DNA from: Candidatus Moraniibacteriota bacterium
GTDB lineage: Bacteria > Patescibacteriota > Minisyncoccia > Moranbacterales > UBA1568
DNA length: 64,000 bases
Direction of reading: 5' to 3'
Assembly (NCBI GenBank): GCA_017983435.1
Contig: JAGOBM010000006.1
Coordinates: forward strand, 11,921-75,920
The notes beneath the pieces were generated by a model. It made no database searches. It was not told where the DNA came from and saw nothing but the letters and a program-made list of their open reading frames with translations. Positions 1 to 11,306 of the stretch are shown piece after piece; the first letter of the stretch is position 1; each line of letters starts with the position of its first letter. The position numbers and the translations under genes were made by a program.

Positions 1-1
1 G

Positions 2-415
2 AGAATACTTCTCTCGCTTCTATTCATCGTCGGTGGTTTCGGATTTTTGACCAATTTTGCAGCCACGACGAAATTCGTCGGGATGGGGCTCGGCAATATC
101 GGCTTGCCGATGTCGCTCGCGAGCATCGCGCTCGTCATCGCGATCATCCTCAAGCTCGGCGGCGGACTCATGCTACTATTCAATTACCACACGAGTCGCG
201 CGGCCTGGATGCTGATCGCTTTCACGGTCGGCGCCACCCTCATGTATCACATGAACTGGGGCGGCGACGGAGGACAGATGCAGATGACGTCGTTCCTCAA
301 GAATCTCGCTATCATCGGCGGACTTATGCTCTATGCCAAGTGCCCATGCAAGCGCTGCAAAGCCGGAAGCGAGAGCTGCTGCTCTTCCAAGACTGAATCA
401 GCCGAGGAGGCCTAA
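2..415 (+). CDS. DoxX-family membrane protein, 5' end outside window; Cys-rich C-terminal tail
   Basis: ORF 47..415 stays open back to window start (listed start is TTG). Hydrophobic helices and C-terminal ...FLKNLAIIGGLMLYA fit the DoxX pattern. Tail KCPCKRCKAGSESCCSS. Hairpin plus T-run follows. Confidence 0.55.
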   Translation, partial: RILLSLLFIVGGFGFLTNFAATTKFVGMGLGNIGLPMSLASIALVIAIILKLGGGLMLLFNYHTSRAAWMLIAFTVGATLMYHMNWGGDGGQMQMTSFLKNLAIIGGLMLYAKCPCKRCKAGSESCCSSKTESAEEA

Positions 416-445
416 AGCCTTACGGGACACAGTCTAGTGACGACA

Positions 446-473
446 AACCGCCCCCCTTCTGGGCGGTTTTGTT
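446..473 (+). terminator. rho-independent terminator (ccgcccccc ttct gggcgg + TTTTGTT)
   Basis: GC hairpin followed by T-run directly after the DoxX-like stop. Confidence 0.6.
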
Positions 474-482
474 ATAGCACGC

Positions 483-488
483 TATAAT
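483..488 (+). promoter_or_regulatory. -10 box TATAAT 12 nt upstream of ATG 501 (near-leaderless mRNA)
   Basis: Exact TATAAT; no clear -35. Confidence 0.3.
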
Positions 489-500
489 CAGAATACGTTT

Positions 501-770
501 ATGTTTTCACATACCTCCCAGACCGGATTTGGACTCATCGGCATCATGCTCGTCGTTTTCATCATGCTCGCCATCGCCTTCGGTTTCCAAAAGCTCCGGC
601 CGAGCGAATCATCCCCTGCCAACGATACCTCACTCGGCACCTACCAGCCCATCACTCCGGATGGCCTATCAGGTCAGCTCGAGGCGGAATATCAAGCCAA
701 AAACAGTGCTCAGGCCACGGTCAAAAACCTCCAGGACCGTGTCTCCCGCGATGCCAGCGGCAGTGAGTAA
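501..770 (+). CDS. small membrane-anchored hypothetical protein
   Basis: ATG start; N-terminal hydrophobic segment GFGLIGIMLVVFIMLAIAFG (prepilin-like but non-canonical); followed by bidirectional terminator. Confidence 0.4.
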   Translation: MFSHTSQTGFGLIGIMLVVFIMLAIAFGFQKLRPSESSPANDTSLGTYQPITPDGLSGQLEAEYQAKNSAQATVKNLQDRVSRDASGSE

Positions 771-790
771 TATTGCCCGTCCTGAACTCT

Positions 791-836
791 TCAAAAAAAA
801 CAAAACACCGTGATTTAAACCACGGTGTTTTTGTTT
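791..836. terminator. bidirectional rho-independent terminator (A-run, acaccgtg/cacggtgt hairpin, T-run)
   Basis: Perfect 8-bp stem flanked by A-run and T-run between convergent genes. Confidence 0.6.
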
Positions 837-857
837 ATACCACTCGGCAATCGATAC

Positions 858-1613
858 TCAGTCCCGGATTTCAAATGTGAGCGTGACGCGTACCATCGAA
901 TCCTGTGTGCCTGGCTCAATCGATGGCGCTGCCGCTTCCATCGAGGATTTGGCAAGATCCATCCCGCCGCCACGGCCGTAGGCGATTGGATCCATATTCC
1001 CCTGATCCTCATACACCGCTACCAGACGCCCCACGTTGAACCCTCCGGCTCTGGCTGTATCCTTGGCTTTCTTCCTGGCCTCAGCCATCGCCTCGGCCCG
1101 AGCCTCGCTGCGCGCCACCTTGTCATCATCCACTTCAAAAGTAACATTGGAAACGGAGTTGGCTCCCTTGTCAGTCACACCTGAAAGCATATCTCCGAGC
1201 TTGTCGGTATCACGGACCTTGACCGCGAGCTCCTGCGTCAGCGTATACCCGGAGATGCGCGGTGCCGGACACTTGCCGTTCGTATCGCACATCGAGTACT
1301 CATAGCGCGGATTGAGCGTGTACTGCTCCGTCTTCATATCCTTCTTATCAACACCGATTTCCTTGAGGAAAGCCTGCACAGCATTCATCTTCTCCGTATT
1401 CATCTTCTGTACATCAGTCACCCGGGCGCCCTCAGAGACGACACTGACCGAAAACTTCGCGATATCCGGCACCAGGTTGAGCTTCGCATCCCCATCGACC
1501 GCAAAGGTCCGATTCGGATTCGTCTGCTGGATAGAGCGCCCATACTGATACACATACCCGAGCGCCGCGACTGCCAGGAGCAGCCACACCAGCACGGTCA
1601 TCTTTTTTGTCAT
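858..1613 (-). CDS. SIMPL/DUF541 domain protein (periplasmic immunogenic-protein family)
   Basis: Start moved to internal ATG (MTKKMTVLV..., GGTGA SD). Signal-anchor then motifs YTLNPRYEY and VKVRDTDKLGDML typical of DUF541. Confidence 0.65.
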   Translation of the reverse strand: MTKKMTVLVWLLLAVAALGYVYQYGRSIQQTNPNRTFAVDGDAKLNLVPDIAKFSVSVVSEGARVTDVQKMNTEKMNAVQAFLKEIGVDKKDMKTEQYTLNPRYEYSMCDTNGKCPAPRISGYTLTQELAVKVRDTDKLGDMLSGVTDKGANSVSNVTFEVDDDKVARSEARAEAMAEARKKAKDTARAGGFNVGRLVAVYEDQGNMDPIAYGRGGGMDLAKSSMEAAAPSIEPGTQDSMVRVTLTFEIRD

Positions 1614-1710
1614 CTCATCACCCATATGCGCAATGCCAATATTTACCCTCTCATTATACACCCTCATTGACGGAACCAGGGCATCGCGGTAGCCTTGTGA
1701 AGAGACACCT

Positions 1711-1783
1711 GTCCTCGTAGCTCAGCGGATAGAGCACTTGGCTTCGAACCAAGGGGCCGCAGGTTCGAGTCCTGCCGAGGACA
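1711..1783 (+). tRNA. tRNA-Arg (anticodon TCG)
   Basis: Cloverleaf read by hand: acceptor GTCCTCG/CGAGGAC, anticodon loop CTTCGAA, T-loop GGTTCGAGTCC; 73 nt; no encoded CCA. Confidence 0.85.
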
Positions 1784-1860
1784 CATCATCACAAGAAAAC
1801 AAGGCTCGGAGCAGTTGTCTGCTCCGAGCCTTTACGTATGCATCAATCCATGGAGAAAGC

Positions 1861-2361
1861 TTAGTTCTCAGCCACCGGTCGAAGCCGCATCAGCCAGACC
1901 ATCACCGCTATCAATCCAGCGAAACTGAGAAGCGACCACTCAGGCAAGGCCAAGCCGATCAGCGTGAAATCACGGATCGCGCAATTGCCCACGCCGCCGA
2001 GCGCCCGAAGAAATGAATCCAGGAAGGAACCAAAGGATACGACGCATATGGTCGGATCGATATCTGCCGGAGGAAAATGCTGCAACAGCACCTGACGCAC
2101 GGCGATAGAGCCGCCTATCAGGGAAAATCCCAGTATCAGCCAAGCAGCCAGACGCACTCTGATCCCTTCCAGCCAGCCGAAATACCCAGCCAATGCGGAG
2201 AGTCCGACCAAAAGGAAGAAGATTCGCTGCGCGACACAGAGCGGACACGGCACGAGTGTGGCGGTCGTCTGGATAATCACCGCACCGATCAAGAGTCCGA
2301 CACAAAACATGGCTATGCCGAGATACCATTGTTTCTCTGTAAGGTTTTTCAAGAAGTGCAT
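1861..2361 (-). CDS. DsbB/BdbC-like disulfide oxidoreductase (membrane)
   Basis: CPLCVAQR motif in a periplasmic loop and 4 hydrophobic helices. Start set at internal ATG (MHFLKNL) because the upstream 44 codons look non-coding. Confidence 0.5.
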   Translation of the reverse strand: MHFLKNLTEKQWYLGIAMFCVGLLIGAVIIQTTATLVPCPLCVAQRIFFLLVGLSALAGYFGWLEGIRVRLAAWLILGFSLIGGSIAVRQVLLQHFPPADIDPTICVVSFGSFLDSFLRALGGVGNCAIRDFTLIGLALPEWSLLSFAGLIAVMVWLMRLRPVAEN

Positions 2362-2502
2362 AAATATATCATCACTCAAATTATCAACAGGGACTTCCGG
2401 GCTACGAAAGCAGCTTTTTCCCTTGCTATCGCCTCGGAAGTCTCGGGCGTCAGGAAAAACCTCTTTCGCATCCCGGAAGCTACTCTCCCTCACTGCTAGA
2501 TT

Positions 2503-3447
2503 CTATATATCAATCCCGAATATCTGTCGGGCTGCCATACCGATAAATGCCGTGACCGCGACAGCGACCGTAAGAATGATCAGATTGGTCGCGATACGCC
2601 GCTTGGCATCCATACCCGAGAGAAACGCAAGGAGAAAGGAAATCAGCGACACGACGATACCCGAAGCAATCAGCGAAGCCATGACACTCTTGGCTCCGAA
2701 AAACACCGGGAGAATCGGTACCGCCGCTCCAAACAGATACGAAACACCGACCACGAGTGAAGAGCCAAACGGGTGCACCGTTTCTTCTTCATCAGTCTCC
2801 TCGGCCAGATAGCGCCGCTTCGAACGCTCCACCGCTCCCGCTTCCCGCTCCGATCCGACAGCCACGAACACTCCGGCCGCCATCGAGAAGGCCCCCGCTA
2901 TCGCCACGGTCGACGCGGCTGCCAGCACGGCCGGTATGGTCTGAAACGCGATATAGAATCCGCTGACCGCTCCGAGTATTTCGACCAGTCCATCGTTGAG
3001 ACCGAGAAAGATATCACGGATACGCTCCGGATGCACCTGGCGCTTGATCGTATCCGATACGATGGCATCCTCATGATGCAGCTCATCATCGAGGATCTGC
3101 CTCACCGCCTGGCCGAGCTCCTGGTCACGATAGATCTCCCAGACCTCGAGATATTTCCGGATGCCATTGATCTCGATCGCCTCGAGGATCAGGCTCGCCC
3201 CTGTATCGCCGAAAACCCGGACAAAGCCCGAGAACACCTGGAGGCGGATGCGCAATCCCAGACTAAGCGTCGCATCTTCTATGTGAAAAAATCCCTTCCA
3301 AAAATTGAGATGCCGCTCCTCTACCACGATCAGCTCATCAAAGAGGGCTCGCATATCACCGCCTGACTGCTGCCGCAACACCCGGTAGAGCGATAGGTCA
3401 AAAAGCTCCCCCATGACCAATTCCCGGCCCAATTTCTGATTATCCAT
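2503..3447 (-). CDS. VIT1/CCC1-family Fe/Mn transporter with N-terminal ferritin-like domain
   Basis: N-terminal rubrerythrin/ferritin-like helices and C-terminal VIT1 membrane domain (AGAFSMAAGVFVAV..., GAKSVMASLIASG...). Confidence 0.75.
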   Translation of the reverse strand: MDNQKLGRELVMGELFDLSLYRVLRQQSGGDMRALFDELIVVEERHLNFWKGFFHIEDATLSLGLRIRLQVFSGFVRVFGDTGASLILEAIEINGIRKYLEVWEIYRDQELGQAVRQILDDELHHEDAIVSDTIKRQVHPERIRDIFLGLNDGLVEILGAVSGFYIAFQTIPAVLAAASTVAIAGAFSMAAGVFVAVGSEREAGAVERSKRRYLAEETDEEETVHPFGSSLVVGVSYLFGAAVPILPVFFGAKSVMASLIASGIVVSLISFLLAFLSGMDAKRRIATNLIILTVAVAVTAFIGMAARQIFGIDI

Positions 3448-3485
3448 ACAAAAATATTATCCAGTCATACGATATCCGTCCCCTG

Positions 3486-3493
3486 ATTATACA
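3486..3493 (-). promoter_or_regulatory. extended -10 (TG-TATAAT) for the VIT1-like gene
   Basis: minus-strand gTGTATAATcag ~40 nt upstream of ATG 3447. Confidence 0.3.
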
Positions 3494-3537
3494 CCAAAAA
3501 AACCAAACAAAAACAACGCCCCAGGTGGGCGCTGTTT
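3491..3537 (-). terminator. rho-independent terminator ending the 16S transcript
   Basis: minus-strand hairpin aacagcgccc/ggggcgttgtt then TTTTTGTTTGGTTTTTTT, ~170 nt after the 16S 3' end. Confidence 0.45.
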
Positions 3538-3710
3538 CAAATATAGTTCACCCGCCTTCTCTGTCAGATGACAGATACGGCGAGGTATAACAATCTTTTG
3601 CGGTTAGTCCTCGAGACGGCGGTTCCAAACCCTGATATGAAATCAGGGTCGACCGAATGATGTGATCCTAGTCCACGAAGGACCGGTATCACTCACCTTT
3701 TACTCCCTAG

Positions 3711-5265
<1,555 letters not shown>

Positions 5266-5501
5266 AAACAGAGGAATGCCATCCCGAAGGATGCATTCCA
5301 AATGAAAACAATTGAAAGGAAATCCGCCATCTCCCTCTGTACAAGTACAGAAGAAAGAGGACTAACCACAAAAAATTGTGATTTGTTAAACTATATATTT
5401 GGCTCGAACAGATTGTTAAGGTGCCTTTTTTGCCATTCATCCCGAAAGGAAGAAAGCAAAGAGAAACAAAAGCAATCTAAATATTTCTAGACTGCCTACC
5501 T

Positions 5502-5529
5502 AGTATAGCAGCCAAAATAAGCCTGTCAA
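5502..5529 (-). promoter_or_regulatory. sigma70-type promoter for 16S (TTGACA-N16-TATACT)
   Basis: rc of 5524-5529 is TTGACA; rc of 5502-5507 is TATACT; ~230-nt leader to the 16S 5' end. Confidence 0.5.
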
Positions 5530-5645
5530 GCCCCGACCGCAACGCTTCGCGTAGCGATGCGGGCGGGCCCCGGTCTTCATGTAATCTAGTAAACAAAAAT
5601 ACCTTAAATAAAGGATTTTATATGGATACCACCAGCAACAACCCG

Positions 5646-6152
5646 CTATTTCAGCCGATTGTTGATAAAGAGCAGCGCCAGTATCGGCACCGCGATCCAG
5701 AGCACCGAAGTGAGCGGAGCGGCGAAAACAGCGAAGATTTGCGGACTGATCAGCCCGATCGTGAGTGATCGCGGAATCAGAGAAAGCAAGATGCTCGATA
5801 GCATGCCGGATACCAAGAGACTCATCACGATAAGCCGCCAAAAAAGATCCGTGCCAGCGCTCGAAATATGCAGATCGAAGAGTCGCTTGTCTATGGCCGT
5901 GAGCACAATCAAGAGTGCTAGAAATACACCCGCCTTGGCATACGGAGAGGCGAGATAGAAATCCGCAGGCAGCACCGCGATGAATGCCAAGGCGATATAG
6001 GCATTGATGAGAATATTGATCAGCTTGAAGCGACCGAAAAATACGCCGAGCGCGAGCGAGAGTCCGCAGAACATGAAGAAGAATGACAAATCAGCCGCCA
6101 TACTCTGCGACAGGCCTCCGACATCTGGAAGAAAAGGCACTCCTGCTTTCAT
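5646..6152 (-). CDS. polytopic membrane protein, function unknown
   Basis: ATG start; 5-6 hydrophobic helices; no recognisable motif. Confidence 0.5.
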   Translation of the reverse strand: MKAGVPFLPDVGGLSQSMAADLSFFFMFCGLSLALGVFFGRFKLINILINAYIALAFIAVLPADFYLASPYAKAGVFLALLIVLTAIDKRLFDLHISSAGTDLFWRLIVMSLLVSGMLSSILLSLIPRSLTIGLISPQIFAVFAAPLTSVLWIAVPILALLFINNRLK

Positions 6153-6333
6153 AGAAATCCGTGCTTACCCGGTACACCCATTGCGATATGCCGTGAGTGT
6201 ACCATCGCGCTCCTGACCCGTCAAAATAGTATTTACATTTTTTGGCTTATACAAGGGAGAAAAAAGTGAGTCCAGACTAGCCGAAGTCAAGAAACTGCGC
6301 TATACTGGCCCCATCAATCACTCCATACTTCCT

Positions 6334-7800
6334 ATGCAAGGCAAACTCCGCGTCATGCTCTTTCTCTTATTTGTCGCTTCATTTCTCGCCGCCTCCGGCA
6401 GCGTTCTTTTCTACGCTTTCGGCTATCGTTTTAATTTCGAGCGCGGTATATTCGTCTACGGCGGATCCATCACACTCAAATCCAATCCCGTCGAAATCAG
6501 CGTCCGTATCGATGATGCATTGATTCCGAGCGGTGAGCTCGACCAACTCAATCAGAGCTACCATATCACCGGTATCATTCCAGGTGAGCACCTGATTGAA
6601 GTCAGCGCTCCCGGATATCAGTCCTGGCGCAAGCGTGTCATCGTCCGGAGCGGTGTCTCAAATGAATTCTGGAATATCACGCTCCCGCGTCAGAGCTACG
6701 ATGCGGAACACTATGCTGGTACCGATGGTTTCACCCGCTATTTCCAATCGCCAGAACCGACCGTCTTCGCCGGGATACGTGAGAGCAGCGATATGGCAGA
6801 AATCATGATGCGTGATACCGAAGCAGAAGCCAATGAGACTCTCTTCGCCCGGTCCGAAACCCGTTTCGATCTCGCTTCGCACGAAAATCTCGAGTGGTCG
6901 CCTGCCGGAGACCAGATCGTCTTCCCAGTCTTCTTCGACCATGCCCGGCACGTCATGACCGTCGACATCGAAACCAGAGAATCCCGAGATCTGAGCCAAG
7001 AACTCAGTCACTTCTCCATGCTGCGACCCCGCTGGAATCCTGAGATCAAACGCTCGCTCCTCTATCTGGCCGACGGCAATCTCTATCGACTCGACCTCGC
7101 TCTTCCGGAAACAACACCACTGGTTCCGATGCTTCTGGCCTCTGATATCGTCACCTACGATCTTTCGGGATCCGATATCTACCTCTACCGGAAGGATGGG
7201 ACACTCAGTTTCTTCGATGCCGGTTCCGAGACGCCAGAGCCTCGTGTCATTACCTCAATTCCAGGAGCCGCTGATTATCAAGAGGACTCTACGCTCATAG
7301 TCTACGATGAATACCGCATCGCGCTGATCTCATCGGATGGCGCTCTGCTCTTCTTCAATGACTCTCTCGAGGAGACCTCCATCAAGACACTCGCCGCCAA
7401 AGATGTCTCCGGTGTCCAATTCTCAGACGATGGCAAAAAACTCCTTTTCTTCTCCGACCGTGATATCTCGGTATATTTCATCCAGGAATGGGAAGTACAG
7501 CCGAAGCGCATGCAGGAAGATATCTGGCAGATCAGCCGATTTGCCGATTCCATCTCTTCGGTCCAGTGGGCCAAAGACTATGAGCATGTACTCTACCTCA
7601 AACATGCCACCGTCTATGCGGCCGAGCTCGATAACCGCGACCAGCGCAATATCCATACACTGATAAGCTTCGATCGTCCGCCACTCCAGATCCTCTCCCG
7701 CGTCAATGAGAATCAAGTCTTCTTCGTCTCGAATGATGGCGACATACCCTCTCTCTTATCTATCGATTTTCCTGAATTTAAGGGATTTTTCACTCGCTAA
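6334..7800 (+). CDS. secreted/anchored protein with PEGA-like domain and beta-propeller-like region
   Basis: Signal-anchor MLFLLFVASFLAASG; IPGEHLIEVSAPGYQSWRKRVIV resembles PEGA; WSPAGDQIVF-type repeats. Confidence 0.6.
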   Translation: MQGKLRVMLFLLFVASFLAASGSVLFYAFGYRFNFERGIFVYGGSITLKSNPVEISVRIDDALIPSGELDQLNQSYHITGIIPGEHLIEVSAPGYQSWRKRVIVRSGVSNEFWNITLPRQSYDAEHYAGTDGFTRYFQSPEPTVFAGIRESSDMAEIMMRDTEAEANETLFARSETRFDLASHENLEWSPAGDQIVFPVFFDHARHVMTVDIETRESRDLSQELSHFSMLRPRWNPEIKRSLLYLADGNLYRLDLALPETTPLVPMLLASDIVTYDLSGSDIYLYRKDGTLSFFDAGSETPEPRVITSIPGAADYQEDSTLIVYDEYRIALISSDGALLFFNDSLEETSIKTLAAKDVSGVQFSDDGKKLLFFSDRDISVYFIQEWEVQPKRMQEDIWQISRFADSISSVQWAKDYEHVLYLKHATVYAAELDNRDQRNIHTLISFDRPPLQILSRVNENQVFFVSNDGDIPSLLSIDFPEFKGFFTR

Positions 7801-7817
7801 TACCCCACACCAACTTT

Positions 7818-9011
7818 ATGCCTTTTTTTGAAAAAATATTTTCCGGACGGCCAAAATCCAAAACACCATCTCTCATCAAAGAAGGTGAGGAATTGGCAGA
7901 AGAGATGGGCGGAGGAGGACGGTCAATGAACAATGAACGTTCCCCTGATGCGGAACAGCACGAGCGCCAATTCTGCGCTGGATTCGAGGCCACTCTGGCC
8001 ACCCTCAAGGCCGATCCGGAAGATATGGCCCGGCGTGTCGAAGCACTTCGGCATTCGACTGCCTGCGAAGGCATACTCCAAAAACTCGATACCTACTTCA
8101 CGCCGGAGCATTGGGAAATGACTGCCGTCCTCCAAGCCTACGATGAGCGGACATTCATTCATTCCCTTAATGTCGCCCGCTTCGTCTACGATATGACGAG
8201 CGGAGGCGGCGAAACTGAAGCCTATCTGCGCCAGCGCGTCAGCATGGAAGAAAGTTCCCTCCAAGAGCTCTATACGGCTGCTCTCTTCCATGATATCGGC
8301 AAGACAGCTATTCCCTGCAATATCCTTCATGACCATCAGACCCGTCGCGATTGGGCGCACCGTGCCAATACCTGGGCAGAACAGCATGACCAGCCTCTCT
8401 TTTTCGATCAAGCCACTCTAGAGACAGCGGAAGAAACAGATCTCGATCATTATTTCATGCGAGTGCACGCAATCAGAGGGTATGACCCGCTCAATCTGGT
8501 CCCCATCCAAGAAGTTTTCGATGAACACACTATCAAGGAGCTCGAGGCTCACGGCATCCCCGGAACCGCCACCTTCCGCGAGGTACTCAACCGGCATGAA
8601 ATCGCCACCAAGGCTATCCTGCGCAGCCGCAAGATGTATATCGCGTCTGACATAGCCTCACATCATCATGATTATGAGCATCGGCCGATCCGCTCCGAAC
8701 GCTATCCAACCGAAGTCTCAGCGGTCCGCCTCGGATTCGAACTTTCTATCTTGCGTTCCATGGATGTCTACGAGGCTCTGACTTCGGAAAACCGATCCTA
8801 CAAAGGCGCCTATCACCCTCTGATCGCGCTCGAGATCCTCGTCAGGGAAGCAGAAATCGATTTTACCGAACCGGAGCTGACCCGCTACGTCGTCCGCGAT
8901 CTCTACGCAAAAGAACAGGCTCGATCAGCTGATCATTTTTCGAATCTCCCTCCAGAGAGCCGAGAAGCCAAGGCACTTCAAAAAGTGCTTGATTTCATCC
9001 GCTCATCATAG
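7818..9011 (+). CDS. HD-GYP-like HD-domain phosphohydrolase (degenerate GYP: RYP)
   Basis: LFHDIGKTAIP (HD motif), SHHHDYEH...RYP, and DVYEALTSENRSYKG (HD-GYP DALTS..RPYK signature). Confidence 0.65.
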   Translation: MPFFEKIFSGRPKSKTPSLIKEGEELAEEMGGGGRSMNNERSPDAEQHERQFCAGFEATLATLKADPEDMARRVEALRHSTACEGILQKLDTYFTPEHWEMTAVLQAYDERTFIHSLNVARFVYDMTSGGGETEAYLRQRVSMEESSLQELYTAALFHDIGKTAIPCNILHDHQTRRDWAHRANTWAEQHDQPLFFDQATLETAEETDLDHYFMRVHAIRGYDPLNLVPIQEVFDEHTIKELEAHGIPGTATFREVLNRHEIATKAILRSRKMYIASDIASHHHDYEHRPIRSERYPTEVSAVRLGFELSILRSMDVYEALTSENRSYKGAYHPLIALEILVREAEIDFTEPELTRYVVRDLYAKEQARSADHFSNLPPESREAKALQKVLDFIRSS

Positions 9012-9044
9012 GTAAATACCTATTACAAGCCAATATCCGAGATT

Positions 9045-9073
9045 ACAGCTACCCTATCAGGGTAGCTGTTTTC
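9045..9073 (+). terminator. rho-independent terminator (acagctaccct atc agggtagctgt + TTTT)
   Basis: Perfect 11-bp hairpin after the first HD-GYP-like gene. Confidence 0.55.
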
Positions 9074-9225
9074 ATGGCTCCCTTGTTTCTTTTTCCCGGA
9101 AGAGTATAGTGGGGGCAGACGGTCATTCGGGTGAGCCGGTTTTGTTGTTTTGCAAAAAAAATCAACAGGCAGATCTCACCCACATTCAGTTCTTTCACAA
9201 CCGGCATCAAGACAAGGAGTCCATC

Positions 9226-10287
9226 ATGAACGCCCCTTCGCTCAAAAGAGCAGGGTCATCACTTCTGCTCGATACGATTTTTTCCCAAAGAGATACCGAC
9301 CTCGGACTCCTTGAGAAAAACGGACAGCTCAAGTCCGCTCTCTTTCAACTCAAACACCCGGGCATAAAACATATGATTCTTGGACGCCTTGCGCCCGAGA
9401 TCGAGCATGAATCGTTCGCTCCCATGCTCTGGCAAGAGCTGGCACTTCTGGCACATCAGGACAAGAAGACGTTCATGCATTCGCTCGGCGTCGCCTACAT
9501 CCTCCGCAAGATGCTTACTGAGGAAGGAGCGACCCGCCAGTACATCGAACGTTCGATGGAGCACCACGCGCTGACCCATGGCACATTCTTCGCTGCGGCG
9601 CTGCTGCACGATATCGGCAAGTACATCCTCAGGGAAATCATCCATGATGGACGGACAAAAAAAGAATGGGCGCGCCTCGTCAATCAGACACTCGGGACCG
9701 AGGTATTCGATCCGGCGTATCTCAAGAACCATGTTTCCGAGACCGCCTTCGACACCTACCTGCATGCCTGCGGGATCGACCCTATCGATTGCATTCCGCT
9801 CGAGGCTTCTTTCCCTTCGGACGTGCTTGCCCTCTTGGAAGCCCGGGGTATCTCCAAGGAGCTCACCTTCCGCAAGGCTATCGATCTGCACGAGGAAGGG
9901 ACGTATTGGCTCCTGCATCGCCATACCGGTATGGAAACGGTCGCTCTGATCGCCGCCTGGCATCACAGCTGCCATGAAATACCGATAAACGCGATACCGT
10001 ATCCGGTCGAGACATCCGCTCTCCGCATCGCGGTGACACAGTGCCTCCATCTTGCCGATACGCTCCAGGCGCTCATCTCCGGATTTCGTTCCTACAAAGG
10101 GACATTCCATCCGCTGATCGCGCTCGCCATCATCATCCGCGATACCAAATCACATCATCTGGATCGCGGCCTGACCAAGGCCTTTGTTCAGGACCAGCTC
10201 CAACAGCTCGCACGATCTGCCGCTTCGCCTGCCAATGACCCGGATCTACTCACGGCCAGCCATACCGTGTATCGATTCGTCGCCTAG
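9226..10287 (+). CDS. HD-GYP-like HD-domain phosphohydrolase paralog (degenerate GYP: PYP)
   Basis: Start set at ATG 9226 with AAGGAG SD 7 nt upstream. LLHDIGKYILRE, WHHSCHE...PYP, DTLQALISGFRSYKG. Shares C-terminal SYKG..HPLIALxI block with the upstream paralog. Confidence 0.65.
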   Translation: MNAPSLKRAGSSLLLDTIFSQRDTDLGLLEKNGQLKSALFQLKHPGIKHMILGRLAPEIEHESFAPMLWQELALLAHQDKKTFMHSLGVAYILRKMLTEEGATRQYIERSMEHHALTHGTFFAAALLHDIGKYILREIIHDGRTKKEWARLVNQTLGTEVFDPAYLKNHVSETAFDTYLHACGIDPIDCIPLEASFPSDVLALLEARGISKELTFRKAIDLHEEGTYWLLHRHTGMETVALIAAWHHSCHEIPINAIPYPVETSALRIAVTQCLHLADTLQALISGFRSYKGTFHPLIALAIIIRDTKSHHLDRGLTKAFVQDQLQQLARSAASPANDPDLLTASHTVYRFVA

Positions 10288-10310
10288 ACCTGCGCCATCG
10301 CGCGCACCCA

Positions 10311-10342
10311 AGACACGCCTTCACCAGCGTGTCTTTTTTTCT
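10311..10342 (+). terminator. rho-independent terminator (agacacgc...gcgtgtct + T7)
   Basis: Hairpin plus T-run after the second HD-GYP-like gene. Confidence 0.5.
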
Positions 10343-10346
10343 GTTC

Positions 10347-10380
10347 CAAAAAAAAAGAAAGCCCCGGTTTCCCAGGGCTC
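10347..10380 (-). terminator. rho-independent terminator for rpsI (minus)
   Basis: minus-strand hairpin agccc...gggct followed by T-run (plus-strand A-run 10348-10359). Confidence 0.4.
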
Positions 10381-10413
10381 TCTATTCTTCATTCAATATT
10401 CTCTCTTCCAGCA

Positions 10414-10848
10414 TTAGCGCTTCGACCATTGTGGGGCGCGACGAGCCTTCTTGAGACCCGGCTTCTTGCGCTCCACCGAACGGGCATCGCGGGTCAGAAG
10501 CTTCTGCGCCTTGAGGATGGGCCGCAGCGCCAGATCGGACTTCACGAGCGCGCGAGCGACACCGAGCTTCGTCGCATCAGACTGACCATGGACGCCGCCG
10601 CCCCGAGTCAATACTGACACGCTCCACTTCCCTTCCATGCCGACCACCTTGAGCGGCGAGAGAGCATTGTTCGTATAAGCATCCGTGCCGAAATACTTCT
10701 TCGCCTCACGGCCATTCACCACAAGCGTCGCGTCTTTCTCATCCGTTACCGGAGTGATACGCACCTGGGCCACAGCGGTCTTACGACGACCAACGGCCGC
10801 GACGTATCTCACTGTTCCTTCCTTCGCTTTTACGGTCTTTGTTGCCAT
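10414..10848 (-). CDS. rpsI: 30S ribosomal protein S9
   Basis: C-terminal ...GLKKARRAPQWSKR and overall S9 pattern. Confidence 0.95.
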   Translation of the reverse strand: MATKTVKAKEGTVRYVAAVGRRKTAVAQVRITPVTDEKDATLVVNGREAKKYFGTDAYTNNALSPLKVVGMEGKWSVSVLTRGGGVHGQSDATKLGVARALVKSDLALRPILKAQKLLTRDARSVERKKPGLKKARRAPQWSKR

Positions 10849-10873
10849 ACAACTGTCTCAAATCAAGAAATAT

Positions 10874-11290
10874 TTAGTCGTGCTTCACGTGAATCGTCTG
10901 ATGCTCATGCTCGGCACCCCTGTAGAGATTCAGCCGGGTCAGCATACGATCACGCAGCTTGTTCTTCGGAAGCATCCCGTAGACTGCCTGCCAGAGAAGC
11001 TTGCGAGAATCCTTCTTCATCTGATCCTTGAAAGCAATCGAAGCTAGACCACCTGGGTAGCCGCTGAAGTGATGATACATCTTATCCGAGCGCTTGTTGC
11101 CCGTCACGACGAGACCATCGGTGTTGGTCACGACGACACAGTCGCCACCATCGATATGGGAAGCGAAATCTACCTTGCCTTTGCCAGAAAGTACGCGGGC
11201 CACCTCAGTCGCCAGACGACCGAGCACCTTGCCCTGCGCATCGAACTGATGATACACCCGGCTCACTGATTGTTTCTTCGCTGTTGCCAT
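10874..11290 (-). CDS. rplM: 50S ribosomal protein L13
   Basis: GRLATEVARVLSGKGK...YHHFSGYPGG typical of L13. Confidence 0.95.
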   Translation of the reverse strand: MATAKKQSVSRVYHQFDAQGKVLGRLATEVARVLSGKGKVDFASHIDGGDCVVVTNTDGLVVTGNKRSDKMYHHFSGYPGGLASIAFKDQMKKDSRKLLWQAVYGMLPKNKLRDRMLTRLNLYRGAEHEHQTIHVKHD

Positions 11291-11306
11291 ACCGTTCTCT
11301 TCTCAA

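Noticed and set aside
3546-3710. Possible tRNA or tRNA-Sec-like gene (anticodon-like loop UUUCAUA) in the 16S trailer
   Set aside because: No acceptor stem or T-arm can be paired by hand; the hairpin has 7-bp stem/5-nt loop geometry on one strand and U37 on the other.
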